Shown here piece by piece: positions 51,875-59,815 of a stretch of 64,000 bases of DNA. The notes under the pieces were generated by a model. The model worked only from the letters and a program-made list of their open reading frames with translations, was not told where the DNA came from and made no database searches. The DNA comes from Planctomycetota bacterium. Its GTDB lineage: Bacteria; Planctomycetota; PUPC01; DSUN01. Made by a program: the position numbers and the translations under genes. The DNA is taken from NCBI GenBank assembly GCA_035527715.1, contig DATKZY010000187.1, positions 49,388-113,387 of the forward strand, in the 5' to 3' direction. Each line of letters begins with the position of its first letter. The first letter of the stretch is position 1.

Positions 51875-54736
51875 CTACTTCGGGAGGGCGAAGAGAATGA
51901 CATGGTCGTCTCCTGCATACGCCACGCGCCGGCCGTTTGGGGAGAACGCGAAGTCGTGCCGCAGCAGAGGGGAAACCGCTTTGGGGTGTTCCATGCGTTC
52001 GAGAGACCGAAAGTGGCCGAGCGCTTGCGGCTTGTCGAGATCCCAGAGCTGCACGACGCACTCGCCGTCGCACGAGAGAAGGCGGCGCGAGTCCGGCGCA
52101 AATGCCACGCGGGCGACATCGGCGGAGGCATTCAGGTCGAAGAGCCGCTGTTCGGCGAGCACATCCCAGACCTGAATGATCATGGGGGAAGCGGCTGCCA
52201 GCATGGCAGCACGCCCTCCGTCGGGGGAAACAGCCGCTATCCCAGCCCCAGGAACCAGAAGATCGGCGATGAACACGTGAGACAGGCTGCCATCCTTCAC
52301 CGACCTCCGCCCGATAGTGGAGCCACCGCACGAGACGATCGAAGAGCCATCGGGGGTGAACCAGACGCGCCAGAAGTCATCAGTGTCCACCAACCGGTCA
52401 CAAGGTTCTGGGCCACCCAGCCACAACGGTTCTCCCGTTGCGGCATTCCAGAGTCTGATCGTCTTGTCATTGGCGCAGGATACGGCGTTTCGCCCGTCCG
52501 GGGAGATGGCCACGCAGTTCGCGAGCGCCGTGTGCCCTTCGAAGGAGCGCAGCTCCCTGTGCGCTTCCCACTCGAGAAGGTGAAGCCTGTTGTCGGCACC
52601 AGGAGCAAGGATCTGTGAGCCGTCCGGAGAGAAGGCCAAGTTGCCACCCGGTGCGAACTGGATGCCCCTTTCAAACCTGGAGGTCACGAGCCCCGTCCCG
52701 GCGTCCAGCACGACGATTTCGTCACCCGAGCCCACTGCGATACGGTCACCCTGGGGTGAGAAAGCGATGCAGTGCAGGTGGGCAAGTGGCCATCGCCACA
52801 GTTCGCCTACGACCTGTTCCTCAATGGCCTGCATGGCCCGCCGGACATTGTCCTTGGTGGGGTCCTTCTGCAGCAAGCCGAGCAGAATGCCGTGGGCCCG
52901 CGACACATCGCCCTTGCTCATAGCTGAGAGCGCCGCGGTGAGGCGTTCGAGCTCGTCGGTCGGGCACCGCGGGTACTCGCTGCCACCGGGGCCCAGGAAG
53001 CGGGTGAATAGCGACGCGAACCCGAAGTCACCCGAATCATCCGGTTTGAAGCCCACCAGCCGCGCTAGGGCCAGGAACCACGCGCCGACGTCACCAGACT
53101 GGGACGCCCTGACCGCGAGTGCCCTGAGTCTCATGAGCTCAGTGGCTTGCCGTTCTGCGTGCGTAAGAGCCTTCTCGGTCTCTGGGCTGCGAAGCTCCTT
53201 CGGAATCTGGTCCAACGCTCCCCACGCCTTCACGTAATCCTGTTTGTCGTAACCAGCCTTGGAGGCGGCTTGTTGGTCGCGGACGGCCTTGGCCAGAAAT
53301 TCGCGGCCCTTCTCGTGGTCCGGCTTGAGTTGCAGGTAACGATGAAGGCTGGTTAGCATGGCCTTCACTTCACCTGCACCGCGCGCTCGGTTGAACTCTT
53401 CGGTCAGCCTCTTGAGCGCCTCCGCGGTCTGGCTCGCGCGGTCTTGAAGTTCATTGATGGCCTTCGTCCGTAGTCGCTCAGGCACCTGCCGGAGGAGAGC
53501 TGCGGCCTGAGCATACTCGTAACGGCCCAGCGCGGCCTTGGCCGCATCACACACATTGCGGACCAGGGGGGCGCCGAGCTCTTCCACCTCATTCAGATAC
53601 GGCCTCAGTTCGAGATAGCGTTCGAGTCTAGGTGCGACGCTGGAGAGTTGGCCCGCCTGGGCGGCTTGCTCGATTTCGGCTCTCAGGCTGGCGAGCTCAG
53701 CGGCCTTGGCGCGGGCGTCGGCAAGAAGGCTCTGAATCTGAGGCGTGCGCAACGGCTCGGGGACCTGTTCCAGCAGCGCCACGGCCTCGGCATACTCGTG
53801 TCTGCCCAGGCATTCCGTGGCGCTGGCGAGGAGCTCGTCGCGCCGGCGCTCAAGCTGGTCGTTCTCGTCACGGACCGCCTGGACGACGCCGCTGGCCCAC
53901 TCGGCGAATGGTTTGAGCCGCGGGTGTTGGAGCGCGGCCATCTCCTCGAGGAGGCGGATGGCCTCGGCGTGCTGGTATCCGCTGCGAAGGGCTTCGACTT
54001 GCTCCTTCCTGGCCTGGAGTTCTCCGATGCGGCTCTGCCGCAGGGCGGGGAGATCGGCGCCGCAGTCGCCGCAGAACCTGTCCCAGGTGGAGTTGGTGTG
54101 GCCGCAGGCCAGGCACGGCTCCTGGAGGGGCTCGCCGCATCCGCCGCAGAACTTCCGGTCCGCCGGGTTCTTGCGGCCGCAGCCGGGGCATTGGCCCGCG
54201 GCCTCGGCGGGGGCAGGGGCCGCGGCTTCGTTTGGCGCGGCGGGAGCGCGCGTCGCTTCGTCCCCCTCCGGCAGCTCGGGGGCGGGCGGAAGGCTCTGGA
54301 CGAGGCGATCTACGTCCGCGCGGAAGGTGCGGCCGGAATTGACCTCTGCGGCATTGCGGAAGGCGAGGGGCTGGAGGTCCAAGGGGAGCTCTTCGGGCCT
54401 CGGCATGGCGGCCCCGTGGACGAGGACGGGGACGACGACGATGCCGCGCGCGAGGGCGAGCTCGATCTCGGCCCGCACGAAGTCCCCGGGGTCATCGAGC
54501 CGCCGTGTGCCGTCCCGGCCAAGCACCGTCAGCCACCTCTGGCCGATGATGGCGAGGAGGACGTGGCACTTGCCCAGCTCCTGCTCAATATGCCGGCGGA
54601 AGTCGGCGCCGTACGGGATCGTGTCCACATCAATGAAGAGCGATTGGGCGCCGAAGCGGGCCTCGAGGTGGTCGTAGATGCGCCCGGTGACGTCGGAGCT
54701 ATCCTCGCGTCGGTAGGAGACGAAAATCTTGGGCAT
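51875..54736 (-). CDS. TIR-domain protein with a double zinc ribbon, a long coiled-coil/helical region and C-terminal WD40 beta-propeller repeats
   Basis: 953 aa. The N-terminus IFVSYRREDS...DFVRAEIELAL has TIR motifs including the conserved Glu. CPGCGRK...CGGCG...CLACGH...CGDCG are two zinc ribbons. WD40-like repeats carry LWN, VWD and LWD motifs. GGGAG is the RBS. Confidence 0.85.
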   Translation of the reverse strand: MPKIFVSYRREDSSDVTGRIYDHLEARFGAQSLFIDVDTIPYGADFRRHIEQELGKCHVLLAIIGQRWLTVLGRDGTRRLDDPGDFVRAEIELALARGIVVVPVLVHGAAMPRPEELPLDLQPLAFRNAAEVNSGRTFRADVDRLVQSLPPAPELPEGDEATRAPAAPNEAAAPAPAEAAGQCPGCGRKNPADRKFCGGCGEPLQEPCLACGHTNSTWDRFCGDCGADLPALRQSRIGELQARKEQVEALRSGYQHAEAIRLLEEMAALQHPRLKPFAEWASGVVQAVRDENDQLERRRDELLASATECLGRHEYAEAVALLEQVPEPLRTPQIQSLLADARAKAAELASLRAEIEQAAQAGQLSSVAPRLERYLELRPYLNEVEELGAPLVRNVCDAAKAALGRYEYAQAAALLRQVPERLRTKAINELQDRASQTAEALKRLTEEFNRARGAGEVKAMLTSLHRYLQLKPDHEKGREFLAKAVRDQQAASKAGYDKQDYVKAWGALDQIPKELRSPETEKALTHAERQATELMRLRALAVRASQSGDVGAWFLALARLVGFKPDDSGDFGFASLFTRFLGPGGSEYPRCPTDELERLTAALSAMSKGDVSRAHGILLGLLQKDPTKDNVRRAMQAIEEQVVGELWRWPLAHLHCIAFSPQGDRIAVGSGDEIVVLDAGTGLVTSRFERGIQFAPGGNLAFSPDGSQILAPGADNRLHLLEWEAHRELRSFEGHTALANCVAISPDGRNAVSCANDKTIRLWNAATGEPLWLGGPEPCDRLVDTDDFWRVWFTPDGSSIVSCGGSTIGRRSVKDGSLSHVFIADLLVPGAGIAAVSPDGGRAAMLAAASPMIIQVWDVLAEQRLFDLNASADVARVAFAPDSRRLLSCDGECVVQLWDLDKPQALGHFRSLERMEHPKAVSPLLRHDFAFSPNGRRVAYAGDDHVILFALPK

Positions 54737-55099
54737 CGGCCACTCCCGCGGGGCCGCGCTCGTGCGCTTCCAGCACAGGCTCGCGACACAAGGGTAGCCT
54801 GAGACGCTGGCCGTGTCAAGTGAGTCCGATGCGGGGCAGGAGCGGGGAGAGCCAATCGAGCGATCTTACAGGGGCCTAGCTGCCCATGCGCACACACGAG
54901 ATCGCTGTTCCGCAGCGGCAGGGAGATTCTACCAAGCTTGCCGAAGGGAAAAGCTCGCTTGCTTTGCCCGCGCCAATCCGCTACCCTATGCACGCGGCTG
55001 GTGAGCACAGGAGCGACGCGTGGCAGCTTACCCCTGGTATCTCATCTCGGAACGAGTCCAGCGCCTCTACGGGAAAGCGGGGGGATAGGAGGGCCGCTC

Positions 55100-56965
55100 G
55101 TGTTCAGAAGGAAGCCCATCGTGCTCTGCTGCTGCTGCCTTCTGGGGAGAGCACTCGCCGGCGCGGGGGAGCCCGACGCGGCGGCCCCCGACACGGCCAT
55201 CCTCAAGACCCTTCGGCCGGGCCACCCGCGCCTGGTCGCGCTCGAGGCGGACCTCGCGCGGGTGCGGGAGATGATCGCGAAGGAGGCGCTGGCCAGGGAG
55301 TACCACGCCGCGCTGCGCGCGCAGGCCGAGCGCTACGTGAAGGAGCCGGTGCTGGAGTACAAGCTCGTCGGCCCGCGGCTCCTGCACGTGAGCCGCGCGG
55401 CGTGCGACCGCATCTACACCCTCGGCCTCCTGTTCCGCCTCGACGGCCACGCGGAGTTCGCCGACCGAGCCGTCCGCGAGCTCGTGAACGTGTGCGGGTT
55501 CAAGGACTGGCATCCCTCGCACTTCCTCGACACGGCCGAGATGACGCACGCGGCGGCGATCGGCTACGACTGGCTCCACGACAGGCTCACGGCCGAGCAG
55601 CGCCGCGCCGTGGTGGACGCCATCGTGGCGAAGGGGCTGCTGCCCGCGAAGAAGGTGTACGACGGCGGCGGCTGGTGGTCGCGCTCGACGCACAACTGGA
55701 ACCAGGTGTGCAACGGCGGCATCGCCATCGGCGCCCTGGCCGTGGCCGACGAGCGGCCCGAGCTGGCCGCCGAAATCCTCGCCGCCGCCCGCGCCTCCAT
55801 CGTGCGCGCCATGCGTAGCTACGAGCCCGAGGGCGGCTGGAACGAGGGCCCCGGCTACTGGCACTACGCCACCCGCTACAACGTCTACTACCTGGCCGCG
55901 CTCCAGACGGCGCTGGGCACGGACCTCGGCCTGATCCGCGAGATGCCCGGGTTCGCGAAGGCGGGCGACTTCCGCCTCTACTTCGCCGGGCCCGTGGGCC
56001 GCACGTTCAACTACGCCGACGCGGGCGACCGCACCGGTCGCGCCGCCGAGATGTTCTGGCTCGCCCGCACCCTCGACGCGCCGCGCTATGCGTGGCACGA
56101 GCGGTCCTGCGACGGACGCCCCGACGCCCTCGACCTCCTGTGGTTCGACCCGCGCGGCCAGGGGCCGAAGGCGGAGGTGTGGCCCCTCGACCGCTGGTTC
56201 CGCGGCGTCGAGGTCGCCTTCCTCCGCTCGGTCTGGGAGGACCGCGACGCCGTCTTCGTGGGTTTCAAGGGTGGCGACAACCGCGCCAACCACTCGCACC
56301 TCGACCTGGGGACCTTCGTGCTCGACGCCCTCGGCGTCCGCTGGGCGCTCGACCTCGGCGGCGACAACTACAACCTGCCCGCCTACTTCGGCGGCAAGCG
56401 CTGGACCTACTACCGCCTGCGCACCGAGGGCCATAACACCCTGACCCTCGGCGGCGAGAACCAGGACCCCGCCGCGAAGGCGCCCATCCTCGCCTTCGCC
56501 TCGTCGGAGGCTCGGGCATTCGCCGTCGCCGACCTCTCGCGCGCCAACAAGGGCGCCGCTCGCTGGTGGCGCGGCATCGCGCTCCTCGACCGCCGCGAGG
56601 TGCTCGTCCAGGACGAGGTCGAGTTGAAGGCACCATCGGATGTCGTGTGGGCGATGCACACCCCGGCGGTCGTGCAGGTCGCCGGCGCGACGGCCACGCT
56701 CAAGGTGGGGGAGGCCTGTCTGCGAGCATGGGTTCTGGAGCCGGCGGGGGCGAGGTTCGAAACCGCCTCGGCCACGCCGCCGAAGCCTCAGGCCCAGAAC
56801 GAGGGCGTGAGCCGCCTGTTCATCCGGTTGGCGGGGGCCAAGGAGGCGCGGGTCGCCGTGCTCCTCACGCCCTATCGCGGACCCGCGCCGCCGCCGACGG
56901 GCCGAGACGTCGTGCCGTTGAAGCAGTGGATCGCGGAGACGCCGGGCTCCGCCACCAGGCCGTGA
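55100..56965 (+). CDS. Secreted heparinase II/III-like family protein (polysaccharide lyase-like; DUF4962 + Hepar_II_III)
   Basis: The signal peptide is MFRRKPIVLCCCCLLGRALA. GGWNEGPGYWHYAT and ANHSHLDLGTFVLDALGVRWALDLG match the heparinase II/III C-terminal domain. It starts at GTG 55100 after GGAGGG. Confidence 0.8.
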   Translation: MFRRKPIVLCCCCLLGRALAGAGEPDAAAPDTAILKTLRPGHPRLVALEADLARVREMIAKEALAREYHAALRAQAERYVKEPVLEYKLVGPRLLHVSRAACDRIYTLGLLFRLDGHAEFADRAVRELVNVCGFKDWHPSHFLDTAEMTHAAAIGYDWLHDRLTAEQRRAVVDAIVAKGLLPAKKVYDGGGWWSRSTHNWNQVCNGGIAIGALAVADERPELAAEILAAARASIVRAMRSYEPEGGWNEGPGYWHYATRYNVYYLAALQTALGTDLGLIREMPGFAKAGDFRLYFAGPVGRTFNYADAGDRTGRAAEMFWLARTLDAPRYAWHERSCDGRPDALDLLWFDPRGQGPKAEVWPLDRWFRGVEVAFLRSVWEDRDAVFVGFKGGDNRANHSHLDLGTFVLDALGVRWALDLGGDNYNLPAYFGGKRWTYYRLRTEGHNTLTLGGENQDPAAKAPILAFASSEARAFAVADLSRANKGAARWWRGIALLDRREVLVQDEVELKAPSDVVWAMHTPAVVQVAGATATLKVGEACLRAWVLEPAGARFETASATPPKPQAQNEGVSRLFIRLAGAKEARVAVLLTPYRGPAPPPTGRDVVPLKQWIAETPGSATRP

Positions 56966-56994
56966 GGGCGGCTGAGATAGCTTCCGCCGACCGG

Positions 56995-58347
56995 TTACTT
57001 CGTCGCGTTCACCGTCCCATCGCTGTTGCGGACAGGGAGCCAGACGCTGAGGCCCTCATCCGCAATCCGTGGGGACGGGGACTTGCCGGCGGGCCTGTTG
57101 TCGAACAGGCAACTGCGGTCGCCCCATTCGTAGCTCACGATGTCCATGATGTTGTGCGGCATCGCGCGGCCGTCGAAGTAGAGGCAGGCGGTGCGCTTGT
57201 TGTGGCGCGGCACAGGCCGCCACGCGTTATTGTAATCGGGCAGACCCATGCCGTCGGGCGACGGGGTGTAGCGGGAGTAGAATGCCTTGTAGTATCCGAT
57301 GCGCTTCTTCGACAGCCAGTACACGTCGCTCCAGGCCAGATCCACGCCGGTGTAGAGCGGCGAGAGCGGGTAGCGGGTGTAGCCCATCCAGCACTCGGCG
57401 GCGAAGCCGCTGGTGTGCTCGGCCCACTCCAGGGGCGGGTGCGTCTCTTCGGTTGGCAGCCACGCGTCGGGCAGGCCGGCCATGACCTGCTGGTAGCCCC
57501 ACACGGGGTCGTTCGTGACCAGCCCGGTGTCGCACACGGCGATCTGCTGGCTGGGGATGGTCAGGGTGCCGAAGTGGACGGATTGCCCGTACCAGAGGAT
57601 GGGCGCCGCCGCCGACTCGCCGAGCATGTAGCACGGATAGGGCCTGAAGCCCTTGGGCTCGGTCGTCTCGGCGCCAGTCGTGTAGGGCCAGCAGAACTGG
57701 TCCTGCGAGGTGTCCTTGAGCGCTTTGGTGCCCGCATTCGCGTCGCGGCAGGCCCAGGAGGGGTAAACGTCCGCGTACTTCACCTTGTCAAAGGGGTAGA
57801 TGATCGACTCCCCGAACGGTGCCGCGTAGTTGTAGCCGTAGCCGAGCACGGCCTGCTTCTTGGCCGGGCAGGAGTACATCATGCACAGCCGGGCGATTTC
57901 CATGTAGATATACGTGTCGTCCTTCACGTCCGAGGGCCTCTTGCCCGTGCGCGCGCAGTAGGCGGTCAACGCGTTCTTCCACGTGGCGCTGGGGTTGACG
58001 TAGGGCGCCAGGGCGACGTACCAGAAGGGGAACTTGCCGCCGGTGACGATTTTCGTGGCATCTATGAGGCTCATGGGGGGCTCGCGGAAGGGGCCGCTGG
58101 TCGCCGACAGCTTCGTCGGGGCCCCCGCGGACACCATCCAGGAGTCAAAGTCCTTGTTGTAGTTCGTGAATGCCTGGCCCATCTGGCGCATGTTGCTCAG
58201 GCAGTTCGTGAGATCGGCCGTGCCCAAGGCATAGATGATGGCCGGCAGCAGCAGGCCGGCAAGGATCGTGATGATGCCGATCACGACGAGGAGCTCGACC
58301 AGGGTGAACCCCTGCGACCGCGATCTCGTAAGTGCTGTGATACTCAT
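56995..58347 (-). CDS. DUF1559 family protein with an N-terminal prepilin-type cleavage/methylation motif
   Basis: The N-terminus MSITALTRSRSQGFTLVELLVVIGIITILAGLLLPA is a class III signal with a type IV pilin-like N-methylation site. The C-terminal LYFDGRAMPH resembles the HX9DG region. Confidence 0.85.
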   Translation of the reverse strand: MSITALTRSRSQGFTLVELLVVIGIITILAGLLLPAIIYALGTADLTNCLSNMRQMGQAFTNYNKDFDSWMVSAGAPTKLSATSGPFREPPMSLIDATKIVTGGKFPFWYVALAPYVNPSATWKNALTAYCARTGKRPSDVKDDTYIYMEIARLCMMYSCPAKKQAVLGYGYNYAAPFGESIIYPFDKVKYADVYPSWACRDANAGTKALKDTSQDQFCWPYTTGAETTEPKGFRPYPCYMLGESAAAPILWYGQSVHFGTLTIPSQQIAVCDTGLVTNDPVWGYQQVMAGLPDAWLPTEETHPPLEWAEHTSGFAAECWMGYTRYPLSPLYTGVDLAWSDVYWLSKKRIGYYKAFYSRYTPSPDGMGLPDYNNAWRPVPRHNKRTACLYFDGRAMPHNIMDIVSYEWGDRSCLFDNRPAGKSPSPRIADEGLSVWLPVRNSDGTVNATK

Positions 58348-59636
58348 AGCTTAGGACCCCTGTGTTGCAGTCTCACCCCTACCTCGCTTCGCGCACTCCT
58401 CCCCGCCCTCATTATATCCCCGTGGCTCTTGCCTTGTCAAGCAATTCGCGCCGCTTTCCGGGGATTTGCGCTTTCGCCCTCGCCCGGTATAATCGCGCCC
58501 TCGTGTCCCGCAGTTCGGGCTTGCGGGAGAGCCCACGACAGGGGTTGGCAGGATGTGGCGAGCGTTTGCTCTGGCACTCGTTGTGCGGGCAGCAGGGGCG
58601 TGCGCGCCGAGGCATGCACGGCCCAAGGCCATGCCCAGTCCCGTGCCGCCCGCGCGAGCGGCGCCCGAGAGCAGGGGAGGGGAGGCCCCGCCGCTCTCCG
58701 CCTCCGCCGCGAGCCGTGACCCTCCTCGACTCGCCGTTTGGCGATTCTCGCCCTTCTGGCCAAGCGTTTCCCAAGCTCCCCGGCCTCGCGACTCGAGAAT
58801 CGGCGATCCTCGGCCTTCCGGCTCAAGGTCCCCCAAGCTCCCCATACTCCCCACTTCTGCGCCCCCTGGGGTCAGGCCGCAACTTACAACTTAACTGCCG
58901 TGGCACCCAACATGTTGTGGTGGCCTCCTAGCTGACCACAATATAGCCTAACTCGCCTGAGTCGCCTGACTCGCCGGTTCATGGGGGAGGTCCCGCCCGC
59001 CGCCGCGGAGCCGAGCCGGCAGTGGCAGAGAGCCGTCCACAGATTTCGCCGATGGACACAGATGAAAGTCGACGGTTGTCCAGTGTCCACCGGCCACTGC
59101 ATAGCGCGTCTAACTGGTCTTCTACAGTTGCTTTCCCTATCTATCCGCTTGGCAAGGGGTTAGGGAAATGCGAAATGGTGTTGGCACTACAGGAGCCTGA
59201 TCCAGCGATGGGGCGGGCCGGTGGTTCACCGACGAGTTCGGGGGACGCCTTACTCGATTGCCGCGACAGAGAGAAGAAGTGGCAGGGGAATGGGGGCAGG
59301 GGAATGGGGGAGGGAAGACCGCCTGAAGGCGGGACTACGAACAGGCAGCGCGGCGAAGCGAATCATGACCAGTCGTGAGCGATGCGTGAGCCCTTGGAGT
59401 GCGGCGGCTTGACGCCGCTTTCCATGCCGTCGAGAGCGGGGCGCTGAGCCCAAGGTCTTTGGAACGCGGCATCGAGATGCCGCACTCCGAAAGGCTGCCG
59501 CACGGCACGCGCCGCCGCGGTTCTCCCTTTGGCTCCATTCCCTTGTCCCACATTCCCTTGTCGTTCCTCTTCCTGCGCCGAGAGGGGAGGGTCGGTGTCT
59601 CGGCAACACGCCCGCTGAAGAGGGGAGGCCACTGTT

Positions 59637-59657
59637 CTGAAATCGGCAATCGCAAAT
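59637..59657. repeat. Heptanucleotide array TCTGAAA TCGGCAA TCGCAAA, intergenic
   Basis: Same unit family as 26124 and 28251. It lies about 160 nt upstream of the 59816 gene. Confidence 0.7.
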
Positions 59658-59696
59658 TTTTCCAAGCCCCCCTCCCCCACTGCCCCCCGCCCCGCG

Positions 59697-59706
59697 CCCC
59701 CCCCCC
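59697..59706. repeat. Homopolymeric C10 tract within a C-rich stretch upstream of the giant secreted gene
   Basis: ccccctcccccactgccccccgccccgcgCCCCCCCCCCgtgggg, 110 nt upstream of ATG 59816 and about 85 nt upstream of TATATAT. Confidence 0.7.
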
Positions 59707-59791
59707 GTGGGGCCATTCTGAGCGAGGCGAGATGCTTCGCAGGGCCTCAGCATGACCGACTGATGTCGTGTTGCGCTCGGCGGGCAATCGC

Positions 59792-59798
59792 GCTATAT
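59792..59798 (+). promoter_or_regulatory. Putative -10 element TATATAT followed by AAGGAAG RBS and ATG 59816
   Basis: cgcTATATATtAAGGAAGacccccTATG. The AT-rich hexamer is unusual in this GC-rich DNA. Confidence 0.3.
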
Positions 59799-59815
59799 AT
59801 TAAGGAAGACCCCCT

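Noticed and set aside
53648-54802. Plus-strand 384-aa ORF antisense to the TIR-WD40 gene
   Set aside because: The minus-strand gene has clear TIR, zinc-ribbon and WD40 motifs. The plus frame is Gly/Ala/Arg-rich shadow sequence.
58362-58931. Plus-strand 189-aa ORF and the overlapping minus ORFs in the 1.4-kb gap before the giant gene
   Set aside because: There is no RBS or start context, the composition is low-complexity and the ORFs overlap tandem DNA repeats. I treat the region as non-coding and regulatory.
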